From: Prochlorococcus marinus subsp. pastoris str. CCMP1986
GTDB lineage: Bacteria; Cyanobacteriota; Cyanobacteriia; PCC-6307; Cyanobiaceae
DNA length: 32,000 nt
Direction: 5' to 3'
NCBI RefSeq assembly: GCF_000011465.1
Contig: NC_005072.1
Span: 60,001 to 92,000, forward strand
Part shown: one piece after another, positions 1 through 8,802 of the stretch
How the letters are laid out: the number at the start of each line of letters is the position of its first letter
Numbering within the stretch: the first letter of the stretch is position 1
Made by a program: the position numbers and the translations under genes
The notes under the pieces: model-generated
Told to the model about the DNA's origin: nothing
The model's database searches: none
Seen by the model: only the letters and a program-made list of their open reading frames with translations

Positions 1-3000
1 GAATAGTATCAATGAATAATAAAGAGAGGAGAACCCTGATTGATGAATTGGCAGGGGTAGCTCTTTTTGATAGCAGAATTGAACAAACACATTCAAAACT
101 TAATGATGTTTTTGAAAGACAAGAAAGATGCGAGATTCTAGAAAACGAACTGCAATCTAGTAAAGTAAAGCTTGAAAAAGAATGTGAAAAAGCAAAAAAA
201 TATAAAGAGTTGAAGGCAAAACTTTTTCATATTAAGGAGATTGAAAAAGTACTTTTATTCGATAAACAAGTTCAAAATATTGAATTAATTAAGAAAAAAG
301 CTATTAACTTGGATAAGAGTAAGATTTTATTTAATCAACACAAAGAATCTCTTAGTAAAGAAATACAAGTATTGCAAGATGCAATGCAAATCATGATTGC
401 AGAATTAAAAGAGAAAGGAGAAGATAACTTAATCAAAGTAAATTCTGATATTGGGAGTATAAATTCTAATTTAAGGGAATTAGAAAGAATAGCAGTTGTC
501 AATAAAGAGGAGGGCATTAAACTTCAAGATCAACGCGATAAAATTGCAATATCTAAAAAAAGTACGGAGTTAGAAAAGAATCGACAAGAGGACTTTAATT
601 ATAATTATCTAGAAAAATTGAACATCGAGATTCAAGATTTAACGTTAAAACACAAGCTATCTAGAAAAAAACTTTCTCATGCTGCAGGTGAATCAGGTGA
701 ATTTTCAAAGCAAAGTATAAAGCTTAATAATGAGTTAGAAAATTTAAAATCTTTAGTACAACCTCTTGAATCTAGTAAAAGGAATATTGAAGAGGAAATT
801 ATACAAATTAATATTCAAAGAGAAGAAATAGCATCTCAAAATGATCTTTTAAAGTTAGAAAAACAAAAACTATTAGAATTTAATCAAAATAATGAGAAAT
901 CAACGGATATAAAAAATCGTAATTTGAGCAGTATTAGATCTGAAATTGATTCTTTAAAAATTGAAATAGATCTGTTAAATAAAACTAAACTAAGGCTAAA
1001 CAACGAACAATTAAGGCTTGAAAAGGATTTATCAAGATGTGAAAGCAGAAAAGAAGCTTTAAATGAAACCAGGGGATCATATGCATTAAGAATACTTTTA
1101 GAGGCAGGTTTAGATGGTATACATGGATATGTTGCTCAATTAGGTGCCGTCAGTGAAAAGCACAGGTATGCATTGGAAATTGCAGCTGGTAATAGACTTG
1201 GACAAATAGTTGTTGATAATGACACTATTGCTTCAAAAGCTATTGAAATTCTGAAAAAAAAGAAAGCAGGCAGATTAACCTTTATTCCACTTAATAGAAT
1301 TAAAACCTATAAAAAAAATTTCGCGCTTAAAAGATTTGAGAATTTTAAAGAGAATGGATTTTTAGATAAGGCTATTAATTTAATTGATTGTGATGATGTT
1401 TATGATGATGTTTTTAAATACGTTTTTGGAGATACAGTAGTCTTTTCAGATTTAGAGTCAGCGAAATCATCTAAACAAAAAATTAGAATGGTTACTTTGA
1501 GTGGAGAACTGTTAGAAGTGAGTGGTGCAATTACAGGTGGTAGTAAAGTTAATAAAGATCTTGCTTATAGGTTCGGAACCAATAATGATATTGACGAATC
1601 TCACCCCATAAAACAAAGATTATCTACAATTGTAGAAGCTTTAAAGAAATCAGATAATGATACTTTAAATAAAACTAACAACTTGAACAAACTGAATTTT
1701 AATCAAAGGGAAATATTAGAGGATTGCGTATCTTCTAATAAAGAAATTGAAGTAAATAATAATTCTATAAAAGTTTCTATGAAAAGAATTGATGATAACA
1801 ATTTGAGGCTTAATCAGCTTAAGTCTCAAAATAATTTATTAAATGATAAGTTGGATAACATTCGAAATGAAATAAAACCATTTAAAAAAAAGTTGGATGA
1901 CTTAGAGATGATCCTTAAAAAGAATTATGAAGATAATCAAACATCCTCTTTAATGACTCATAATAATGATTTCGAAAAGTTAGATAAAAAACTTGAATTA
2001 ATGATTCAAGAGAAAGATGAATTATTAAATAAAAAGAATCAATTTGTTTTAAATCAAGAACGTATAAATAATCAATTAAATCTAATATCTCTACAAGAAA
2101 AGAATCTACAAAAATCAGTTAAAGAGCTTTCTAATGCTCATAATGAATGGATAAAGAAAAGAGATGATTATAAAAGTGAGCTTGCGAGTCTTGATGGTCA
2201 AAAATCATTGCTTGAAAAGGATCTCGGAATATTAAGAAGAAAAAGGGATGAGTTGAATTCATCTATTTCCAATAAAAGACAAGAAATAAATCAGTTGACC
2301 CTTAAGTTGGAATATCTTGAAAGAGATATAAGTTCTCTAAATGAGGAAATGCGTAGCGAAACTATCAAGTTAGAAAATTATAAAAAACAGCTACCTGATC
2401 CTTTGCCCAGCTTTGGAGAATATGAGACTATAACGCTTGATTTATTACAATCAGAGATCGTTGTGATTAATACGAAATTGGAAAGTTTAGAACCAGTAAA
2501 TATGTTGGCTTTAGATGAACTCGAGGAATTGACAGAAAGATTAAATGATTTGATAGAAAGACTGGAAGTTTTATCTAATGAAAGATCGGAGTTGTTATTA
2601 AGAATAGAAACTGTTTCAACTATGCGACAAGAAGCATTTATGCAGGCATTCATAGAGGTTGATAAGCATTTTAGAGAGATCTTTGCCAATTTATCAGATG
2701 GAGATGGGTTCCTTCAGCTCGAAAATCCAGAAGCTCCTTTAGAGGGAGGTTTAACTTTAGTGGCTCATCCTAAAGGAAAAAACGTTAGAAGATTAGCTTC
2801 AATGTCGGGGGGTGAGAAATCATTAACGGCCCTAAGTTTTTTATTTGCTTTGCAAAAATATAAGCCTTCTCCCTTTTATGCATTAGATGAAGTAGATAGT
2901 TTTTTAGATGGTATTAACGTTGAAAGATTATCAAAATTAATAACAAGTCAGTCATCAAATGCTCAATTTATAGTCGTAAGCCATAGAAGACCTATGATAA

Positions 3001-3080
3001 GTGCATCTGAACGAACAATTGGTGTTGCTCAAGCAAGAGGTGCTAATACTCAAGTTGTTGGATTACCAAATGCTGCATAA
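1..3080 (+). CDS. smc: Chromosome segregation protein SMC (5'-partial; N-terminal head lies upstream of the window)
   Basis: The reading frame is open from base 3 to the window edge, so ATG 12 is not the true start. Long heptad-rich coiled-coil arms, a central hinge (GIHGYVAQLGAVSEKHRYALEIAAGNRLGQIVVD), a C-terminal ABC signature (MSGGEKSLTALSFLFAL) and Walker B (FYALDEVDSFLD). The Walker A head is absent from the window. Confidence 0.95.
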   Translation, partial: IVSMNNKERRTLIDELAGVALFDSRIEQTHSKLNDVFERQERCEILENELQSSKVKLEKECEKAKKYKELKAKLFHIKEIEKVLLFDKQVQNIELIKKKAINLDKSKILFNQHKESLSKEIQVLQDAMQIMIAELKEKGEDNLIKVNSDIGSINSNLRELERIAVVNKEEGIKLQDQRDKIAISKKSTELEKNRQEDFNYNYLEKLNIEIQDLTLKHKLSRKKLSHAAGESGEFSKQSIKLNNELENLKSLVQPLESSKRNIEEEIIQINIQREEIASQNDLLKLEKQKLLEFNQNNEKSTDIKNRNLSSIRSEIDSLKIEIDLLNKTKLRLNNEQLRLEKDLSRCESRKEALNETRGSYALRILLEAGLDGIHGYVAQLGAVSEKHRYALEIAAGNRLGQIVVDNDTIASKAIEILKKKKAGRLTFIPLNRIKTYKKNFALKRFENFKENGFLDKAINLIDCDDVYDDVFKYVFGDTVVFSDLESAKSSKQKIRMVTLSGELLEVSGAITGGSKVNKDLAYRFGTNNDIDESHPIKQRLSTIVEALKKSDNDTLNKTNNLNKLNFNQREILEDCVSSNKEIEVNNNSIKVSMKRIDDNNLRLNQLKSQNNLLNDKLDNIRNEIKPFKKKLDDLEMILKKNYEDNQTSSLMTHNNDFEKLDKKLELMIQEKDELLNKKNQFVLNQERINNQLNLISLQEKNLQKSVKELSNAHNEWIKKRDDYKSELASLDGQKSLLEKDLGILRRKRDELNSSISNKRQEINQLTLKLEYLERDISSLNEEMRSETIKLENYKKQLPDPLPSFGEYETITLDLLQSEIVVINTKLESLEPVNMLALDELEELTERLNDLIERLEVLSNERSELLLRIETVSTMRQEAFMQAFIEVDKHFREIFANLSDGDGFLQLENPEAPLEGGLTLVAHPKGKNVRRLASMSGGEKSLTALSFLFALQKYKPSPFYALDEVDSFLDGINVERLSKLITSQSSNAQFIVVSHRRPMISASERTIGVAQARGANTQVVGLPNAA

Positions 3081-3125
3081 TCACACTTTTTTATATTTTT
3101 ACGTCAGAATGTCAGAAAGATATTA

Positions 3126-4148
3126 ATGAGTTTGTCCAACACATCCACAAATAATAATGGCCGCAATTCTGTACCTAGCGAACGTCTATGGTTAAGATCG
3201 GAACTTATGGGGACCCAAGTCATTACTACTGATACTGGCAGGAGATTAGGAGTTGTAGGTGAAGTTGTTGTTGATATTGATAGAAGAGAGGTAGTTGCTT
3301 TAGGTCTGAGAGATAATCCTCTTACAAGATTTTTGCCAGGTTTACCTAAATGGATGCCTCTTGAAAGCATAAAGCAGGTTGGCGATGTAATTTTAGTGGA
3401 TTCTTTAGATTCTTTGAGCGACGGTTTTTCTCCTGAAAGATATGGGAAAGTTATAAATTGCCAGGTAATTACGGAATCTGGTCAGCTTCTTGGAAGAGTT
3501 CTTGGATTTTCTTTCGATATTGAGACGGGGGATTTAATTTCTCTTGTGATGGGTGCAGTAGGAGTTCCTCTTTTAGGTGAAGGCGTTCTAAGCACTTGGG
3601 AAATTCCTGTAGATGAGATAGTCAGTAGTGGTACTGACAGAATAATTGTTTATGAAGGAGCTGAGGAAAAACTAAATCAGTTAAGTAGTGGATTACTCGA
3701 GAAACTTGGGGTCGGTGGCTCTTCTTGGGAAGAAAGGGAAGCTAATAGATATACAGCAAATCTTGTTCCAGTGGAGAATCAGCTATTGTCAGGTTCTGAA
3801 TCAGAAGAACAAAATAATTTTATGGAAGAAATTAAAGAAGAAGAATTTATAGAAGAAGAAGAGTATGAAGAAGAACTGGAATATGTAGAAATCGAAACCA
3901 CAAAAGAAAAAATAAATAATAAAAAACAACTTTATTTGGATAATGACTCCTCTGAACAATTAGACAATCAAACTGATGAAGAAAATACGACAGAATTTGC
4001 TGTTCAAAGGCCATCTATATCTAATCGAGCTTCAAAGAGACCTATTCAAAGGTCACAAGAACCTTTAGATATTGAACCTGTTGAAGAGAAAAAAACAATT
4101 ATAGAAAATCCTCAATCAGAATCTGTAGAAATTGATGATCCTTGGTAA
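3126..4148 (+). CDS. PRC-barrel domain protein with acidic low-complexity C-terminal tail (function unknown)
   Basis: Two PRC-barrel-like repeats (LMGTQVITTDTGRRLGVVGEVVVDIDRREVVALGL and VINCQVITESGQLLGRVLGFSFDIETGDLISLVM). These are followed by a Glu-rich tail (EEIKEEEFIEEEEYEEELEYVEIE). ATG start lies 45 nt after the smc stop. Confidence 0.75.
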   Translation: MSLSNTSTNNNGRNSVPSERLWLRSELMGTQVITTDTGRRLGVVGEVVVDIDRREVVALGLRDNPLTRFLPGLPKWMPLESIKQVGDVILVDSLDSLSDGFSPERYGKVINCQVITESGQLLGRVLGFSFDIETGDLISLVMGAVGVPLLGEGVLSTWEIPVDEIVSSGTDRIIVYEGAEEKLNQLSSGLLEKLGVGGSSWEEREANRYTANLVPVENQLLSGSESEEQNNFMEEIKEEEFIEEEEYEEELEYVEIETTKEKINNKKQLYLDNDSSEQLDNQTDEENTTEFAVQRPSISNRASKRPIQRSQEPLDIEPVEEKKTIIENPQSESVEIDDPW

Positions 4149-4159
4149 TTATTTAGTAA

Positions 4160-5428
4160 TTAACTGAATTTTTTGATCGAATTAAAAATTATGTAAGCTA
4201 ATTTTTTAACTGCACCAGTTTTCCCTCGTTGTTTTGATAAATTATCTTTTTGCTCACTTAAATAATTTTTATTTTTTATCAGAAATATAGCTTCATTAGC
4301 GATTTGTTTTGGTGAAATGTTTCCTATTCTTTCTGGAATAATTAACTTGTTAGCTTTTATATTTGGCCATGAAAAAAATTTTTTCTGCTTTAAGTACCAA
4401 TTTTTAATTATAAAAGTGAAGAATTTATTGATAAAAGAAATTTTACCAAGTATTCCGAAGATACCGTCCCAAGCGTTCATTACATTCAAATGTTGGGTGG
4501 GTAGAACAACTATCATGGGTAAAGTAAGTGAAGCTAATTCAGCAGTATTTGCTCCAACTGTAGTAATTGCAAGATCACATTTTTTTAGTACTTCATAGCA
4601 AGGGTGTTTATTAATTAAATAAATTTTTGTATTATTTGAGGTTTCAATAACATAGTCAAAAACGGAATTTTTAATTTGTTTAATTTGTTTAATTTTGGAT
4701 GAATAATATTTTGATATAGGATTCTTATTACTTTGAAAGAATAAATATTCGCTTGTACTTGTAGTTGGTGCTATGGGAATAATAAAGTTAATATTTTTAT
4801 TATTTTTATTAATATGATCAGCCATTTCAAGAAAGAAAGGAATACCCACCATGAGCTTTGCTTTTTTAGAACCTGGTAGTAAAGCAATCCACTTTTTTTC
4901 TTCAAGATTTAAAGCAATTTCTTTTTTATTCGTAATGTCTGCCATTAAATCGCCAATAATTTTACATTTATATCTATATTTTGAAGGAATGCTTTTCTTA
5001 ACGTTTTTATTCATTGCTGCAATTACATTGTTCCAACGTGGCCATCTTGAAATCCATTCAGCATATGTGATGTTGATATAACCTAATCTTTTTGCTAACA
5101 AAACACTCCAAAATTGATCACCTCCAAGAAAAATAACGATCCCCTTTTTAGGCCATTTTGCATATTGAGCAGGCCTGATTAACAATTTCCAAAAAGTCTT
5201 TGCTTCTGTAACTAATTCAAATTTGTGCCAAGATTTAGCAACTTCATATTCTTTACCAGTAGCATTTGGACACGGTACTAAAACTAATCTTATTGAGTAA
5301 TTCAGTTTATCAATATTTTTCGAAGTATCATTTATCTTATTTAGATAATCCACTACAGGCCTCACCCACGTTGATAATTCCCCAGGCCCATTAGTGATAA
5401 TTACAACTGCAATTGATTTTTCTTTCAT
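4160..5428 (-). CDS. Lipid-A-disaccharide synthase-related (GT19/LpxB-like) glycosyltransferase family protein
   Basis: The N-terminus MKEKSIAVVIITNGPGELSTW, the ~420 aa size and overall pattern match my recollection of the cyanobacterial LpxB-related family. This is not verified by a search. The track ORF start (TTG 5554) reads through the tRNA at 5454-5535, so I move the start to ATG 5428. ATG 5449 is an alternative. Confidence 0.6.
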   Translation of the reverse strand: MKEKSIAVVIITNGPGELSTWVRPVVDYLNKINDTSKNIDKLNYSIRLVLVPCPNATGKEYEVAKSWHKFELVTEAKTFWKLLIRPAQYAKWPKKGIVIFLGGDQFWSVLLAKRLGYINITYAEWISRWPRWNNVIAAMNKNVKKSIPSKYRYKCKIIGDLMADITNKKEIALNLEEKKWIALLPGSKKAKLMVGIPFFLEMADHINKNNKNINFIIPIAPTTSTSEYLFFQSNKNPISKYYSSKIKQIKQIKNSVFDYVIETSNNTKIYLINKHPCYEVLKKCDLAITTVGANTAELASLTLPMIVVLPTQHLNVMNAWDGIFGILGKISFINKFFTFIIKNWYLKQKKFFSWPNIKANKLIIPERIGNISPKQIANEAIFLIKNKNYLSEQKDNLSKQRGKTGAVKKLAYIIFNSIKKFS

Positions 5429-5453
5429 TGCAGTCAATCCAAGATACATTAAA

Positions 5454-5535
5454 TGCGGACGGCGAGACTTGAACTCGCAAGGCCTAAGCCACACGCTCCT
5501 TAGACGTGCGCGTCTACCAATTCCGCCACGTCCGC
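5454..5535 (-). tRNA. trnL: tRNA-Leu (class II, long variable arm); anticodon loop reads CUAAGGA, i.e. anticodon AAG; CCA not encoded
   Basis: The reverse complement is GCGGACGTGGCGGAATTGGTAGACGCGCACGTCTAAGGAGCGTGTGGCTTAGGCCTTGCGAGTTCAAGTCTCGCCGTCCGCA. Acceptor stem GCGGACG/CGTCCGC; D arm identical to E. coli tRNA-Leu; anticodon stem CACGT/GCGTG; variable arm GGC-TTAG-GCC; T arm GCGAG-TTCAAGT-CTCGC; discriminator A. It is a GC-rich island in AT-rich DNA. Confidence 0.92.
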
Positions 5536-5840
5536 AAAGGGTTTTCGAGCACAAGGGTGTTCTTAAACCACTAAGTTATCATACATTAATCGCATTAATT
5601 TGCGATAATATTTTGTTAATCTGCTCGGTTTAAATATTTAAAAGATGTATTTTATATAACTTAGTTTTAAATACTTAAAATGACTGATTTTTTCTATTGC
5701 ATAAATAAATAATTATCCACATATAACGTTTTAGGTTGTATTGTTAATCAATGCATTCTTGAAATTCAAAAATTTTATTGAATACTTTTTAAAGTAATTT
5801 CAATTTAAATTAATTTTTATTTCTTCAATTTAATTTTGTA

Positions 5841-7190
5841 ATGGTTGAAAAAGTTTTAATTGCTAATCGTGGAGAAATAGCTTTACGAATTATCAGAAGT
5901 TGTAGAGAGCTTGATATTGCAACTGTTGCTGTTTATAGCACCGTAGATAAAAAGGCATTGCATGTGCAATTAGCAGATGAAGCAGTTTGCGTTGGAGACT
6001 CACTAAGTAACAAGAGTTATTTAAATATTCCTAATATCTTAGCTGCTGCTACATCAAGAGGAGTTGATGCTATTCATCCAGGTTATGGTTTTCTTGCGGA
6101 GAACGATAAATTTGCAGAAATGTGTAACGATCATGGTATAACTTTCATTGGTCCATCTCCCAATGCTATTAGATCAATGGGAGACAAATCTACTGCTAAA
6201 GAGACAATGGAGAGAGTCGGAGTACCAACTGTTCCTGGAAGCAAAGGTTTATTATCGAGTGTCGAGGAGGCCTACGAAATGGCCCAAGAGATTGGATATC
6301 CCGTCATAATAAAAGCCACAGCTGGAGGAGGAGGTAGAGGAATGAGATTGGTTGAAAATAAGGCTAATTTAGAAAAAATGTTTAAAGCAGCCCAAGGAGA
6401 AGCAGAAGCGGCATTTGGAAATGATGGTTTATATATGGAGAAATTTATAAAAAAGCCAAGACATGTAGAAATTCAAATCCTTGCTGACAGGTCAGGTAAT
6501 GTGGTTCATTTAGGAGAGAGAGATTGTTCTGTACAAAGGAGGCACCAAAAATTATTAGAGGAGTCTCCCAGTCCAGCTATAAACTATTCTCTTAGAAAAA
6601 AAATGGGTAATGCAGCCATTGCTGCTGCAAAAAGTATTAGTTATGAAGGGGCGGGAACTGTTGAATTTTTAGTAGATGATGATAATAATTTTTACTTTAT
6701 GGAGATGAATACCAGGATTCAAGTGGAACACCCCGTAACTGAAATGGTTACTGGTGTTGATCTAATTGCTGAACAAATCAAAATAGCTGGAGGTGACAAT
6801 TTAGGATTTACTCAAGATGATATTCAATTAAATGGACATGCTATTGAATGCAGAATTAATGCGGAAGATCCTTCACATAATTTTCGCCCATCTCCCGGTA
6901 AAATAACTGGATGGCTGCCTCCAGGGGGCCCTGGAGTGAGGGTTGATAGTCATGTTTATACTGGTTATGAAATACCGCCATTTTATGATTCACTTATAGG
7001 TAAATTAATAGTCTGGGGTAAAGATCGTAATACTGCTATTAAAAGAATGAATAGAGCTTTAAATGAATGCGCTGTAACAGGAATTCCAACAACAATTAAC
7101 TTTCATTTATCTCTTCTCAATAAAAGGAAATTTATGGAAGGCAAAATTCATACTAAATACGTTGAGGAAGAATTATTACCTAACTATTAA
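5841..7190 (+). CDS. accC: Acetyl-CoA carboxylase, biotin carboxylase subunit
   Basis: 449 aa. N-terminus [19 protein letters not shown]-grasp glycine loop [12 protein letters not shown] and the biotin carboxylase signature [14 protein letters not shown]. Confidence 0.97.
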   Translation: MVEKVLIANRGEIALRIIRSCRELDIATVAVYSTVDKKALHVQLADEAVCVGDSLSNKSYLNIPNILAAATSRGVDAIHPGYGFLAENDKFAEMCNDHGITFIGPSPNAIRSMGDKSTAKETMERVGVPTVPGSKGLLSSVEEAYEMAQEIGYPVIIKATAGGGGRGMRLVENKANLEKMFKAAQGEAEAAFGNDGLYMEKFIKKPRHVEIQILADRSGNVVHLGERDCSVQRRHQKLLEESPSPAINYSLRKKMGNAAIAAAKSISYEGAGTVEFLVDDDNNFYFMEMNTRIQVEHPVTEMVTGVDLIAEQIKIAGGDNLGFTQDDIQLNGHAIECRINAEDPSHNFRPSPGKITGWLPPGGPGVRVDSHVYTGYEIPPFYDSLIGKLIVWGKDRNTAIKRMNRALNECAVTGIPTTINFHLSLLNKRKFMEGKIHTKYVEEELLPNY

Positions 7191-7207
7191 TGGAATATAA
7201 TGCCTTC

Positions 7208-7513
7208 TTAACTTATACTTTTTAGAATGGCTAATTTGATTAAACCTTGTTGACCAACTAATATTTCTCTTAGAAAACTTATTATTCCTATCCAAATCAC
7301 TGGGCCAACATCGACGCCCCCAATGGGAGGAATCAATTTTCTCGTAACGTTTAAAATAGAACTTGTTGGAATTGCAATTAATAACCAAAAACCTTTATTT
7401 AAATCAACTTTTGGGTACCAAGTTAAAATTAATCTTATTAAAAAGACTAGGGTTAAAAATGATAAAAGGATTCCTAGTGTAAGATCTAAAGCATGTAAAT
7501 AGTTTTGAGACAA
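7208..7513 (-). CDS. ycf19: YGGT (Ycf19-like) family small membrane protein
   Basis: 101 aa hydrophobic protein with YGGT-type motifs (LIRLILTWYPKVDL, PPIGGVDVGPVIW). Convergent with accC, 17 nt apart. Confidence 0.8.
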   Translation of the reverse strand: MSQNYLHALDLTLGILLSFLTLVFLIRLILTWYPKVDLNKGFWLLIAIPTSSILNVTRKLIPPIGGVDVGPVIWIGIISFLREILVGQQGLIKLAILKSIS

Positions 7514-7603
7514 TGAAATAACAATTGTTTAATCCATCTTAATAAATAACCCATAAGTTAGGATTTAATTCGTATTATAAATTCAGAATTTAATTTTAAA
7601 AAA

Positions 7604-7792
7604 GTGATTCAAATTTCAAATCTAATATTAGCGGCTGATGTTTCCCCAGAAGTGGCTGGTAGTTCGGGCTTCAATATGATAGCGAGTTTCTTCGCTGCAG
7701 CTTTACTTATAGTTATTCCAGCAGCAGCTTTTTTGATCTTTGTTAGCCAAAAAGATTCACTTGAACGTACTTCAGCTACACGTAGACGCTAG
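7604..7792 (+). CDS. psbX: Photosystem II reaction centre protein X
   Basis: 62 aa with a single TM helix ([25 protein letters not shown]) and a basic C-terminus. This matches the PsbX form with an N-terminal extension seen in marine picocyanobacteria. GTG start at 7604; ATG 7676 is an alternative. Confidence 0.85.
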   Translation: MIQISNLILAADVSPEVAGSSGFNMIASFFAAALLIVIPAAAFLIFVSQKDSLERTSATRRR

Positions 7793-7869
7793 TTTTTATA
7801 AAAGTTTTAAGTAAACTATATATAAAGGTGTTTTATTGCACCTTAAAAAATAAGTTTTGGAGAAAAAAA

Positions 7870-8802
7870 GTGGTCAATGCTAGTCTAAATTGGGCGAGTA
7901 TTGTAGGCATCGTACTAGCTGTATGTGGAGGTGGCCTATATTTTTTGAGGTCATTTAAACCTGCGCTGGCAAGAGATTATGATGTTTTCTTTGCGGCAAT
8001 AGGTCTTTTATGTGGAGGAATATTATTTTTTCAAGGATGGAGATTAGATCCTATTTTGCAATTTGGGCAGTTTTTATTAGCAGGAACGACGGTATTCTTT
8101 GCGTATGAAAGTGTTCGACTAAGAGGTGTTGCCACTGATCAAGCAAGAAGATCTTCTTATTTTGAAGATGATCAGATTCCAGATATGCCTAGAAATTCTT
8201 CCAGAAATAGATTTAATGATGATTATAATCAATTTGAGGATTCTGATAGACCTTCTAGAAGATTCAAACCTCAAGATGATGATTTAGAAGATGATTACAT
8301 GGAAGCTAGATCGCAAAGGAGAAATATATCAAGAGCTATTCCTGAATCTGCAGTCAGCAGGAGGCGTCCTTCTTTAAGAGAGTCTAATCAATTTGAGAAT
8401 GAAGAACCTAAGAGAAGAAGAAATCGGTCTGAAGATAATAGGATGAGTAATGAAGATAGAAGAGCAAGTTTTGGAGAAAGAAGATCATCAAGAAGTGAAA
8501 TTAAAAGAGGCTCTCGGCCATTATCTAATCAAGAAGTTTCTAGAAAATCAAATAATTCCTCTCTTAAGGATGCTTCTACCTCCTCTAATAAACCAACAAG
8601 GTCATCTATCAGATCTCAGACTTCAACAGAAAAAGTAGAAGATGCATCATTTTCTACAAATATCAATGAAGTAAAAAAGCCTCGTCAAGCAAGAAGCTCA
8701 GCAGCTAGTGCAAGATCAACCTCTAAAAATAAAACTGGAAGGTATACTGTGGGAACAAAAAAAAATAAACCCAGAGATAATAGTTCTAGATTTGATGACT
8801 AA
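7870..8802 (+). CDS. ycf66: Ycf66 family membrane protein with long Arg/Ser/Asp/Glu-rich disordered tail
   Basis: The N-terminal ~95 aa (VNASLNWASIVGIVLAVCGGGLYFLRSFKPALARDYDVFFAAIGLLCGGILFFQGWRLDPILQFGQFLLAGTTVFFAYESVRLRG) form the conserved Ycf66 membrane domain. I prefer GTG 7870, which has GGAG 7 nt upstream and gives the family-typical VNASLNW N-terminus, over the track start GTG 7828. Confidence 0.8.
   Translation: MVNASLNWASIVGIVLAVCGGGLYFLRSFKPALARDYDVFFAAIGLLCGGILFFQGWRLDPILQFGQFLLAGTTVFFAYESVRLRGVATDQARRSSYFEDDQIPDMPRNSSRNRFNDDYNQFEDSDRPSRRFKPQDDDLEDDYMEARSQRRNISRAIPESAVSRRRPSLRESNQFENEEPKRRRNRSEDNRMSNEDRRASFGERRSSRSEIKRGSRPLSNQEVSRKSNNSSLKDASTSSNKPTRSSIRSQTSTEKVEDASFSTNINEVKKPRQARSSAASARSTSKNKTGRYTVGTKKNKPRDNSSRFDD

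Noticed and set aside
335-517. Short antisense or alternate-frame ORFs in the track. Coordinates: 335-517, 2378-2689, 3104-3370, 4317-4598, 4851-5081, 7176-7388, 8450-8638, 12184-12405, 12921-13121, 16728-16928, 17786-18019, 20393-20614, 22942-23211, 23617-23961, 25266-25478, 26133-26351.
   Set aside because: Each is embedded in a well-supported CDS on the opposite strand or in another frame. None has recognisable motifs, and their composition is typical of shadow frames.
3103-3117. Direct repeat GTCAGAA-T-GTCAGAA just upstream of the PRC-barrel gene start.
   Set aside because: A single duplicated 7-mer in a 45-bp spacer is too short to separate from chance, and it matches no known motif.
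3820-3900. GAA-rich trinucleotide-like repeat.
   Set aside because: It is imperfect and simply encodes the poly-Glu tail of the PRC-barrel protein. It is not an independent DNA-level repeat element.
5394-5633. 79-aa plus-strand ORF, and the TTG-initiated N-terminal extension (5429-5554) of the minus-strand 464-aa ORF.
   Set aside because: Both translate through the tRNA-Leu gene at 5454-5535. The Arg/Gly/Cys-rich peptides simply reflect GC-rich tRNA sequence.
5629-5642. 14-bp perfect palindrome TTTAAATATTTAAA.
   Set aside because: It is AT-only. Such palindromes are expected frequently in intergenic DNA of roughly 20% GC. It is mentioned only as context in the spacer finding.
7828-7869. Upstream GTG start for ycf66. 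Likewise the TTG 27975 start for the SLC13 permease.
   Set aside because: The internal starts are preferred. GTG 7870 has GGAG 7 nt upstream and ATG 28020 gives a family-like N-terminus. The extensions add non-conserved-looking residues (MFYCTLKNKFWRKK; MWPIVYRYIELNKFD). This choice is not certain.
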